64,000 nt of DNA from the human T2T-CHM13v2.0 reference genome, Homo sapiens: the NCBI RefSeq assembly GCF_009914755.1, contig NC_060936.1; one strand, 5' to 3'. Positions 40,224 to 55,385 of the stretch are shown here, piece by piece. A program made the position numbers and the translations under genes. How positions within the stretch are numbered: position 1 is the first letter of the stretch; the number at the start of each line of letters is the position of its first letter. Under the pieces are notes generated by a model. That model ran no database searches, was not told where the DNA came from, and saw only the letters and a program-made list of their open reading frames with translations.

Positions 40224-41302
40224 TGGAAACTCAAAACCCTTTTAAAGTACAACACAAATTCCCAACAATAGAATTTAAGTTGACTCTGGTGTTTTCAACT
40301 ATCTCCATTTGTGAAACTTCACTATTTAAATTTAAATATTTGAATCTGTTGTCTTCAGATCTGACAGAACTTTGAAAATGTTTTTAGGTTTTTTTGCTCC
40401 AGATCAAACAACCAAAACATATAGTTCAATTGCTGTTGAACAAATTCAAATAACACTCATTGTAAGAATCCGAGTACAGGTGTAAGACTGAGCCTCCCAC
40501 ATCTGATTAGAGTTGGCCCTCAATAAGAAAGAAATCTCAAAGGTCTGGCCTCTCTAGTCCTTATCCAATACCTGATGTATTTTCTAGTATCTGCAACTCA
40601 GAGACAGATCTATAATCGAAGATAGAGTTTTCATGTGATTTTGATGTTAATTTAATCAAGATACTCTGCATGTCTGACTCATGTTTGTAGATACATAAGA
40701 GATGAAAAACAGGCAATGCTCAGCAAAACTAGAAAATCATTTAATACATGATAAAGATTCTGATTAATCAAAAATGGATCTAATAAAGATTGGCCATTTT
40801 ATAGCATACTCAACTTTAAAAGAAACATTTACATAAAACATAAACATGGTTTATTTGTATAAAGAATGCTGTAAATGATTGTTATCTTAAGGACTAAATA
40901 CCTGGAAGGCATCAACTAGATATAAGAGAAAGTTATCTGTTCTGAAGAATCATTTTAAAATGTGAAATAAAACAATGAGATTTTATAAATATTTTGTCAT
41001 ATATAAAACTTATTTATAGGTATGTAATTTTTGCTTAGATAGATCTTGGTTTAAAAGGTTTCTCAGACAAAACCCCTTCTAGAATGACTTATCTAATAAA
41101 ACTAGTTCCCTAACAAAAATAACTTGGCTTACAAAGAAGAAAACTGATTGTCTGTATTCGGTGCCTTCAAATTATGTTTGGATAACGGTGTGGATGACCC
41201 CCCCACCGGTGTGATATCATTTGAAGTTTTGATATCTATCATGGGGAAATTTTGTTCTGTGCAAAAAATGTAAAAGATTACTGTAGTAATAATTGTAAAT
41301 GA

Positions 41303-41642
<340 letters not shown>

Positions 41643-41651
41643 TAGTGAGAG

Positions 41652-41929
41652 TTTTTTTTTGAGATGAAGTCTCACTCTCACCCAGGCTGGAGTGCAGTGG
41701 CTCCATCTCAGCTCACTGCAACCTCTGCCTCCCAAGTTCAAGTGATTCTCCTGCCTCAAGCCTCCTGAGTAGCTGGGATTACAGGCACACACCACCATGC
41801 CCACCTAAATTTTGTATTTTTACTAGAGATGGGGTTTCACCATGTTGGCTAAGCTGGTCATGAATTCCTGACCTCAGCCTCGGCCTCCTAAAGTGCTGGG
41901 ATTACAGCCCTGAGCCACTGCGCCCAGCC
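41652..41929 (-). mobile_element. AluS SINE with small left-arm deletion
   Basis: Antisense Alu; TSD cttagtgaga / cttaatgaga. Confidence 0.93.
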
Positions 41930-42490
41930 CTTAATGAGAATTCTCTATGAACTTACATTGTCATGTGTTTTGCTCTGTGTCTACTCTTTTCTTTTTAGTT
42001 CTACACTTCATTTGAAATGGAAAATAGTACAATTCAAGAAATTATCAAGTTAATAATACATATTTTATACCATTTCTATGAGTATATCAAGATTTAGTAT
42101 ATTAAACATCCATTAAAAACAAAACATGGTTCAAGTCTCTCCCTTATAGGAGCATAAGCCTCTCGAAGGCAGGAATCGTGTACTGTTCATCTTTGCATCC
42201 CCAGCACCTAGCACAGTATCTTAAGCACATGCACTAGAAACGTTTATGAACTGAGCTGAAGTTGGTAGTGATGAGAGTGATGTGAAAAGGCGTGAGCAAC
42301 ACTCTGAACTGTGAGGACCTGCACTGTCACCTCTCCTGTGTTCTTGGCTCTGACCATCCTCGGCTTCATCACTGTACTGGAACAATGAGTACCCAGCAAG
42401 AGCTAGACTACACTTCATAAAGTACAGAAATTGATTTTATTGGAGGAAAGTCAACAGGCTAACTCTAAACTTTAATTAGAAGCAGAAGAG

Positions 42491-42805
42491 AGCCAGGTGC
42501 AGTGGCTCACACCTGTAATCCCAGCACTTTGGGAGGCCAAGGCCAGAGGATCGCTTGAGCTCAGGAGTTCGAGTCCAGCCTGGGCAACAATGTGAGACTC
42601 CATTCCTACAGAAAATTTAAAAACTAGCCAGGCATGGTAGCATGTGCCTGTGGTTCCAACTATACAAGAAGCTGAGGCGGGAAGATCGCTTGAGCCCAGG
42701 AGGTCAAGGCTGCAGTGAGCCATGTTCATACCACTGCAGTCTAGCCTGGATGACAGAGCAAGACCCTGTCTCCGAAATACATTTAAAAAAAAAAAATAAA
42801 AAAAA
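42491..42805 (+). mobile_element. AluJ SINE
   Basis: gatcgcttgagcccaggaggtcaaggctgcagtgagc; TSD aagcagaagag on both flanks. Confidence 0.95.
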
Positions 42806-43673
42806 AAGCAGAAGAGAAAATTTTACAATCAACTCCTTGGAGGGAAAGCCAGTGCTATAGCATCTAACACGTGCTAGGCAGTGCTACACAAGCATGGTGT
42901 GGGGACCACTGTCCCTTTCCAACTGTTCATTCCTGGTGTGTGAGGAAAGGGATACAGCATCTAAGAGTAAGAAATAGAAACATTTATAACATTTATGACT
43001 GAATCCTTGTATGTCTGTTGAATCTAACAGTGAAAAATCAGGGCTTGGATTTTGTATATCTCTGGTTTTCTTTTTTCCTTCTTTTGAATCCATTCTTACT
43101 GTGTTTTCTACCAGCCTTAGTCCACGACAGATTAGAAATGTGAAGGAAAAACTGGCCCTCATCACAGATCTTTGCAAAGCGCTCATGTAGAGTACTGCTG
43201 CTCCAGAGAACTCAACTAGAACCCATAAATAGACATTCTACAGTGGCCAATTTGGGGTCAATCATTAAAGCGAAACTAAACAAAGCAGAAAAAGTCTTTC
43301 AACAACGAAAACTGTCCAACAGTAGAAATGGATGACCTGAACTGTAGTGAACCTATGTCACTGTAGTTGTTCAAGCAGGAGTTGGACAACTGAAAGAGGC
43401 TGAGACTCCTCCAGCCCAGGCCCCCACGGCACTCTCTGCTTCCCTCTTCCAAGTTACCACACTGCACTGCATTTGTCGATATGTGTTGGCTTACCCCATT
43501 AGAGTGGGAGTTCCTTGAGAGAAGGAACAGTGTTTATTCACCTCTGTTTGGTCCCTAAACACAGCAGAAGCACACAAAGGTTTACTGCAAAAATAAATAT
43601 CTACCATAGAGACTGAATAAAGTGATACTGAAGAACTAGTCTGTGATTCAGTGATTTATAAGAATGAGAATTT

Positions 43674-43809
43674 GGCTGAGCATCGTGGTTCACACCTGTA
43701 ATCGAAGCACTTTGGGAGACCAAGGAGGGAGGACCGTTTGAGGCCAGGAGTTCAAGACCAGCCCAGGCAACAAAACAAGACCCCTCTCAAAAAAAAAAAA
43801 AAAAAAAAA
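43674..43809 (+). mobile_element. FLAM / Alu left monomer with poly-A tail
   Basis: Single monomer ending gacccctctc followed by a long A run. Confidence 0.9.
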
Positions 43810-43901
43810 GAGTTCATTCCAATCTAAAGAAAACTTTAAAACACATTTCCAAAATAAGGTAACATTCCAAAATTCATACCATACTCATATCTCATATATA
43901 A

Positions 43902-44321
<420 letters not shown>

Positions 44322-45284
44322 TAGCCGTTTTCAGAAACATTAAATGACCTAGGTATGAGAGACACATTGAAAATATATTTCTCAGTACTGTAGAATAATG
44401 GCATTTTCAGTGTAATTATAAGAAACTACTTTTAAGGAAAGAGACAAATCCCTCAAGTCTTCTGGGTTTCAGCTTCTATTTGAAATAAGATGAATATTGT
44501 TGTCTCTTTATCAAATACTATTAAAATTGAAGAGCTTGGTAAAATTGTTTAGCTATAAGTATTATTTATTTTTCTTATAATTTTTTACATTTATATTTAC
44601 CTATAGTTAGATAGAAGTATTAATCATTTAGATATATATAATTTACAAGCACAGTTTCTTTCTTTTGAAGTCTATTAAAACAAAAAAGTTACCTTTAATG
44701 GCAGCTACCAGTTAATAAAATAACTTGCCTAAGAATTACACATTTTGTTAGCTTATCAAAATGATTTTTAGGTTAACAGAACAGCAAAAACTTTCCAAAA
44801 AGAAGCTGAAACCCCTCAAAATCAATATAATTCAATATCTAAAAGTGAATTTGTCTAACACCTAAGGAATTCCGAATCCAGAACTGTCTACTTGTGACAT
44901 CCAAATGTTTTTGGCCATATATTGAAAAAGCTTTTAAATTACTACTGAAGTGTGAGAATTAATCTTGAATTTTCTTCTTTCATTTGACTTATCATAAAAC
45001 GTTAGCACTATTTAAACACAGTTTATTGTATTTGATATTAAAATCCCAGGTTCATAAAGGATCAAATTTCCATTTATCCATTAAGATCACCAAAGCATAC
45101 ACCTACATCTTTCTGTTTGTACTTTTCTCATTTTATTATTTTCTTGAAAGAAGAGAGACAAAAGTGCTGTCCTATAAAGCTGTAACTCAATAGCTTCATC
45201 AGAACACTGCAATGTTTACCTTAAATCCACAGATTTCATGGTTTATAAAAAGAATTGTATTCTTTTCCACCTACTTAAAGAAAG

Positions 45285-46150
45285 ATCTCTCCACCCAGAT
45301 GACTGGGATGAGGGCCAATCCCTCAAGCTCCATTAATTCTAAACTGAGCTTATTACTGTTCCTGTTTCACCTGCTCATGTCCTTCCTATGCTCCGTTTCT
45401 GTTATGGTACTACAGTAGCATCCTTTTAGTTACCTGAAACAAGAAATCTTTGGAGCATTATTTGTCAGCCCTCTTGCTTTCCTTCCACATCCTGTTGCAC
45501 TCTTGACAATTCTTCCACTGAAGTCTTTTATTCCATCCATTTTCTCCATTGCATTCTCACACTAGCTCAGGACCTCACCAACTCTTGCTTGAACCATTAT
45601 CCCAATTCCTTCTCCATTTAATTCTACTTATATATGCCAAATGAAACTTTCCTGAAAGAATTAAGGAAGGCACCACTCATGTGATTCCCTCGCTGGGAAA
45701 TCTTCAACATCATTCAAATGCCTGACAAATAACATCCAGCTTATTGAAGGACTCCTATTATCTGGTTCCAATCTACTCTTCGAGCTCCATTTCTCACTAT
45801 TTTCCCCATTGACAGTATGAATGGATACCTTCTTTAACCTAGCCAATCTGAACTTCTCATTGTTCCCATCAAATATTCCAGTTTCTTAACTCTGAGTATT
45901 CATTCACATCCACATAGTTCTCTCTATAAGAAATGCCATTTCTCTGCATCTTTGCATGTTTAAATTCCATGCATTCCTTAATATGTAATTCAAATGCCAA
46001 CTCCCTGGTAACTCCGACCACTCCTCTCCACACCCCACTGCTGTCCCATTAGAAGTATGCACAGTAATTAACATCTTATCTCTCTTATTGTATGTGTCAT
46101 TTTCTACTCCGCGTATTTGTTTTATACATGTTTTATCTCCTATACTAGAA
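45285..46150 (+). mobile_element. L2 fragment
   Basis: gatctctccacccagatg...cctcaagctc...aagaaatctttggagcatta...aattcaaatgccaactccctgg. Confidence 0.7.
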
Positions 46151-46159
46151 AATAAGGCA

Positions 46160-48386
<2,227 letters not shown>

Positions 48387-48401
48387 AATTCTAAGAACCT
48401 G

Positions 48402-48600
48402 GACAGTAGTAACTCATTTAATTCTCAGAGCTACACAATTCCTATTTTTAGAAGAGGATAACAGACATACAAAGACACAACTAAAAAGCCTTGCCCAGGT
48501 TCCCACAGCTAGCAGAGATCCAGGGGAGAAACGTAGATGGGGGTGGTCTGGCACTGGAGCCCACCTGCTGAACCATGATGCCATGCTGCTTTCTCAACAC
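48402..48600 (-). mobile_element. MIR continuation after the L1MA
   Basis: aactcatttaattctca...ccttgcccaggttcccacagctag. Confidence 0.65.
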
Positions 48601-51600
48601 TGGGCTTGCTTCTGTGCTCAAGGGTCTCAGTGAAGTCTGGCTCATCTGCTGGCATGGTACCTAAATTTAACTGGGTTCTGAGATATATTAAAATTAATTC
48701 TTAAAACATCCTTTGATGCATCTGCTTAATGTGATCTGGGAGAACTCTGATTATTCATAATCATAATAGTTAATATAGCCATCAAAAGCCTTGTAGGAGA
48801 AAAGACTTTAAGGAGGAAAAACAAAACATGTGAATAGAAGAATTATCTTTAATTTCAGCCAGTAGAGGGAAATTGTCCTTCGCCTCGGTAACCATCCTAT
48901 GCAACACCTATCAACAGCAACAACTCTTAAGGCAACAGGAGAAGTAGCTAGTGCTGCCATTTATGCATGGATACACTGTACACTCACACACTGAGAAAGA
49001 TTCCCATATGGGAAAAGAAAGAACATAAACAAAAGAAATATGCCAGCGTAGGAACAGAAATTGCCCTTAAATGACAGTTTGTCTTGACACAGAATGAAAG
49101 ATAAGTATAATTCACCAGAGGAAAGAATGGGGAAGTCAGGACATCTTTCATTTGGCAATGATAACATATTAAGAACAATTTTACTCATAGACTTTTCAGT
49201 CTTTGAAATGTTGACACTCAGCATTACCAGAAATGGCGTTTTCCCCACTACTATCACTATTACCCATTATCAATATACACCAGTGTAAAGATGTAGTTGT
49301 TGATCAGTGTGGAATGTTAGATCTCCTAAGAAATAAAAATGTTTACACCTTTTTATTGAAATACAATTTCAATCTGTCCAACCCTTCTACAAATAGTATA
49401 TTTATAAGCCAAGTATATCCAAAAAGTTGTTGTTTCAAAGTTGTTCATTCTATAAAATGTATATTTCAGGATAAGTCTTCATTTATGATTTCATTTTGTG
49501 ATACTACTTTTAATTTGTGTAGAATGTGCTTTTAAAGGACTACATAGAGCAAAGAAAAACCACATAAATGTGGATTAATGAAACACTATGCACACTTGAA
49601 ACGTAAATAAGAGTATTGTGAATAAAAGATTGTTCTAAATTATCTCACTGATAGATGTATGTTACTTATGTCAATAGTCTCTAAATGCCAAGTCAAGTTT
49701 ATATGCCTGTTACTTAGCATGTGGGTGTAAATATACAAATAATATACATATATAAATATAAACATATGTGTAAAAAACATATTTCCCTGCAATCACTACC
49801 CCAGTGTCTTAGCTAGAATAAAAATAAAGTTAAAACAATGTTTAGGATGACTCAGTTACAATGATACTTATTTCCTTGTGAAATGACACTTATTTTCAAC
49901 AAACCACTCATTTGTTGACTAATGAGAGAAACATTTTAGATAGATTCTTCAATTTTCCTTTCAAAAGCATTAGGCTTTCCAAATCTTCCAAAAGAAAACT
50001 GTGTTTTGAAGATAATGTTTCTTTTTATTTTACCCAAAACAATACAAAAGAGAATAATAATATGTAGAATTTTTCTGGACAGTGAAAACGCCAGGTGAAT
50101 TAACTTAGCTCTATGGCAATTTTCTCTTTCAGTTTTTATGGGCTTTTCTAAATCACTCACCCCAGAAACTAAACCTTGTTTTGGGCATCCCCATTCTCTT
50201 TCCCTTTAATTCACTTATGTAAATGCACCATAAGTTTTCCTCTCAGATGAGATGCTAATTATGAGGGCAGTCTTGTTAATCAAAACTAAAGCAAATGAGT
50301 ACTTGTGTATTTTACCATCATTCCAGTTTGCAAGGACAAAGGAACTCCTTTGTATTTAACGTTGCATGAACCATCATGCAGCCTCTCGGTCTCTTAACAA
50401 AGTTGCCTGGCGACATAGGTCATTTTACCTATGATGGTGGTAAGCTTATGGCATCAATACCCACCTTACCTAATTGTTCACGTGAGCTGCTGAACACTTA
50501 GCTACCCTGTGACAATAATTTGGCTCCAATGAGCCTAAATTGGATATAAATTAGTTTTCCTAAGCATTTTTCATGTTTTAAACTGCACACATAAAGCTTA
50601 TTTTATGAACACACTTTCTGCATTCTCTTTAGTAATTCTCTCTCAAAACAACACGTGAAGTCTTCAAAGTGCTTTTTCTAAATTCTTTTAAAATTATTCT
50701 TTATGTAAGAAAATGTGCTGAATCAGATATATATTATGTCACAAAGACAGAGATAAATTATATTTGTATTGTCCATTACATTCCAAGTTTGTATATGCTG
50801 CTGACTTAAAAGCGTTGTGAGAAATTTGCAACGTTTATATTATTGATAAACATCATTTTGCCTGTATGGAGAGTCCCAGGTCTCAAAAGCCTTACCAAAG
50901 AGTAAATTTGGCTATTTATCATGTCTCTTACCATAGTACTCATTTAGCCAAGCTGTATATATTTAGTTCTTCTAATCTTTTCTCATAAGTCAATCCCTTC
51001 GACTCATTAATCTTGTTACTTGTCTCTGATTGTTTCCATTTGGTTTACTAGGAAGGCATAATTTTCTAAAGACTTTCCCCTCTTCTTAATTTCATTCAAA
51101 GAATTATAAACTTCTTGAGGGCAAGGACTGCATTTTCCTGAATTAAAAATGAGTCACAGAAATAAGATGCCTTATTGGAGATAATCTTGAATCACCTTGC
51201 TGCCTTTTGCTAGCTGACACTGTTTTAAATCATATTAATTAGGAACACTGCATTTGTTGCTTCTTTCTTCTAGGAAACAATAAATCACAGCTGAACACCT
51301 TCAGACCTTTGGACTATGGTGGGCCTATGTGTGTGTGTCCATGTTTGTGTGTGGGTTTGTGTTCGTGTGTGTTGGGATTTCTTACTATTGTTGAATGGCT
51401 TGTGATAAAATAACTCTCTTAAAGAAACTGAATTACATTTTCCCAGTGGGAATTAACATTATGTATGCATCGTAACAAAACAGCCCTTGTTTTCCTTGAG
51501 AAAATCGTGTCAAAAACATTTCTGAAATCACTTTCCAGTGAACACTCAGGACCTTTTTCCATCAAATTATGATAGCGTTAATTAACTTATATTCTTCTCA

Positions 51601-52279
51601 ACCCCTGTTTTGCATAAAGTTGAATCCAAAAAGTTTAAATCTGGAGGTAGAAATAAAACATAAGTAAATGATAAAATTAAATAATGTAAAACCCTTTACT
51701 AGAGATCATTTTTAAAAACACATGGAAAATAAATACTTTTGTATTCAGAGCGGTCAGAAACTCTGAGGGCTAGAAAGATAAAAAGTTGATCCAGGAGTTG
51801 GAATTTAAGGGAGGATTTACAAGGTTCGGACAGATGGAGAAAGGAATAAGAGTATTTAGGTATTAGGAAAATGGTCTGCACAGAAAAGTGGAGATGGGCT
51901 CAAGCAAAATAGAAGAAGGAAACACAAGTTATTCAACAGAACACTAAGAATATATCACAGCAGAACAAAGCCGGTAAAATGTGAATACCGCATCCCAACA
52001 AATAATAATGAAAACATAGGCCAGATGATTAAAATAACATTTGGAGGATTCTCAGCTTCAACTTATATAAATAATTGCAAGATTTTTCTAGCCTTGATAA
52101 TCAAACTTCTATCTTGGAAGCTATTAAAAATAACTTTACCAGTATTTCAGATTAGGATATGAGTAGCTTAGAACTGGCATTAAAAGCACAGAATTGTCCA
52201 AACAAATTGTGAAAAACGAATTGTTCAAGAGTTAAAAAACATTTTAGTGATGTACGGGAAAATGACTCGACCAGAAAGG

Positions 52280-52485
52280 CTCCAATTCGCAGTTTCTCTG
52301 CCTTTGGCTTTCTGCGTGGCAACTACTCTGTAACTGGTTTTCTTTTATCTGTAAAATGCTTACAATAACAAGTACCCTTCCCATTTGTTGTGATGACTAG
52401 GAAAAAAAAATGTATCTAAAGAGCACCTAGAAATAAATGTCTGGTATCTAATAGTTATCAATAATTGGTAACTATTACTATTATG
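52280..52485 (+). mobile_element. MIR
   Basis: ttttcttttatctgtaaaatg...ttgttgtgatgact...actattactatta. Confidence 0.65.
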
Positions 52486-52732
52486 TACTTTTCCACAGTA
52501 AGGCCTATAATATGATTAAAAATGTTTTTATCATCCCTCCCCTCAACCCTAAAATGCTTGTCTTCCTTTTTCCATCTGACAAAAACATGTGGGTCTTTCA
52601 AGCAGCCACATTTTACACATATTCAGTACATGCCTCCTGCCAATATTTTTTTCCCTGCAGGCCTTTTCAATTTTTATAAATGTTTTGAGATGCAACATAT
52701 ATAAAAGATAAACTGCCAATCCATATACCTTT

Positions 52733-53026
<294 letters not shown>

Positions 53027-53064
53027 CCCTATGCCTTCAGTAGATAATGTGAAACTCAAGGATC

Positions 53065-53780
53065 TCAAAACCTGAAGACTTACAAGTAACCTGGTCCAGC
53101 CACTACCCGAAGTGTGAGTTTCTTCTCTACCATCCCACCAAGTAATTAAATTTGCCTGTGTGGAGTACGTCCAGGAAGGGCACTCTTTCTAATGAAAGCC
53201 AACTCCAATCTGAAGCAGTTACAATGGGAGACTCTTCCTTTGACTGAGCCCACTATACCTGACTCCCTCTAAAAACTGCATAAGAAAGAAATCTAGGTAC
53301 ACTTATGTCCACAACTCTTTCCCATTTGGGAGGTACCTTGTCCCCTCTGGCCTCTCTTCTCGATCTTTCTCAAGCCCCCTCATCATTCTGGTCATTATCC
53401 CCTATAATCCTTTAAAGCTATGACTTAAAGCTAGTTAAAAATAAGACTCATAGAATGTAACAGAGTAGTTTCAGGCCCACATCAGCAATATAGCTCTTTT
53501 TCTAGATGTTCAACTTCTGTTAATGTGACCCAACATCATTCTAGTTTCAGGCACAGCCTAAGCAATGTTACCAACACCACAATGTTAACATGTACTGAGT
53601 CCCTTAAAACCATTAAACTCTTTCTTTCCCTTGTAATATGAGGAAATCACTTCTTCAACATCTCCATGTGTGTAGACTTGATGTTGATCCCAGTAGCAAT
53701 TCCCCCCAGCTGAGATGAATTTGCACCCTGATACTGGTAAACAACACACTGCTCATTTATTCCAGGCTGGTAGGGTCTTC
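53065..53780 (-). mobile_element. L3/CR1 fragments
   Basis: gaagacttacaagtaacctggtccagcc... antisense CR1-type 3' end and pyrimidine-rich body. Confidence 0.5.
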
Positions 53781-55097
53781 AAACGTGCTCATTCTACCAG
53801 CTCATGGGGAGAGTGAGTTACATATTATGGTCAGGGACACAGCCTTCTAGCAAGACACTAGAAGTTTTCACTATTATATCAATCCACGGAGCCAGTGTTC
53901 TCTGTCTCTAATGTTAAATAATTCTAAAGAATATTTAAACTTCTGATATGCTAAAATGAAAATTTGATCAAAGAAGTTAATATAAAGCTTTTCACTGAAC
54001 ATCCTAGCTCCCTGCACCCCACTATATCTGTGAATTAGTCTTTGAAAACACTGTAGATTTCCAAATAATCCAGAATTAGAACCAATAGATTTATGTCTCA
54101 TTTCATTTATCTGACAACAAAAGTTAAATTTAAAAGCTTAGGAAAATGTTTCTTTATAAGTTTTCCAAACTAAACTACATTATATTTTCTAAATATCATC
54201 AATGCTTCTTTTATAAAAACCAAAAGGTAAATATCATAAGGGGACTGTATACAGGAGAGACTGGCTCAACAGGATATTTTATGGATATTCATTGACAGGC
54301 ATGAGGAGGCTGGATTTGCAAGAGGACAAAATTTTTCCCTAATATTATTTGAATATGTTAAATAGCTCATTTCTTCATTTTAAAAATATGCAAGTTAAAA
54401 TCCCCCTTAAGACTCCATTTAAGACAGAGCTATTCCAGAGCAACAAAAATTACCTCTATTTAGCTGACATTCAACTTTTGGAGATATTTCTCCCAAGAAA
54501 AGACAGTGAATATTGAACTGTGGAGCTCATTCAAAGAGGTTGTCATCACCACAACTTCTGCCTGTTTTACTAAAGACCCAGCTGCCAGAAGATGAGTAAG
54601 TGCCTCTACCATCAGGTTCATAGTACCCAGTGTCCTCTTTTTTTTTTCCCCAAAGACAAAAACTTTCAATAGAATTTTAGAGTTCAGACAACGCAAGGAT
54701 TCAGTACATTCCAAACCCAAGGAACAGAAGATAAGGGTAGAGTTCTCATCCCTCTTCCGTAGCAGGATTGGGGAACACCTTTATCACCCAACTGAAACAC
54801 AGTAGAGGAAAACTATATGACTATTATTTCCCTGGAGCAAAATTAAAACAGTTTTTCATTTGTTAAACTGTCAAAAGATGTGGGCTTTTAAAAAGAGAAA
54901 AAAATGCTGACAGTTGAATGAATCATCATGGATCTATTCAAGTGTGACTTAAAATGTTTGCTTTTACTTAAGGTTAAAAAAAATTATTCAACTCTTTATA
55001 CTATAGGCCATGTCCTATTATTTATTTGTTACCATGAGTTGCCAGGTTCCCAGATACAATGCATGTCTGATCAACATGTTGCAAAAAGATCTACAAA

Positions 55098-55385
55098 GCA
55101 GGGTGTGGTAACTCACCCCTGTAATCCCAGCGCTTTGAGAGGCCAAGGCAGGAGGATTGCTTGAGGCCGGGATTCAAGATCAGCCTGGGCAACATAACAA
55201 GACCCTGTCTCTCCAAAAAAATAAATTAGCTGGGTGTGGTGGTGTGTGCCTGTAGTCCCAGCTACTTGAGGGGCTGAGGCCAGAGAGATTGCTCAAACCC
55301 AGGAGTTCAAGGCTACAGTGAACTATGATGGCACCACTGCACTCTAGCCTGCATGACAGAGTGAGATCCTGTCTCAGAAAAAAAA
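55098..55385 (+). mobile_element. AluJ SINE
   Basis: ggaggattgcttgaggcc and caaggctacagtgaactatgatgg; TSD atctacaaa. Confidence 0.93.
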
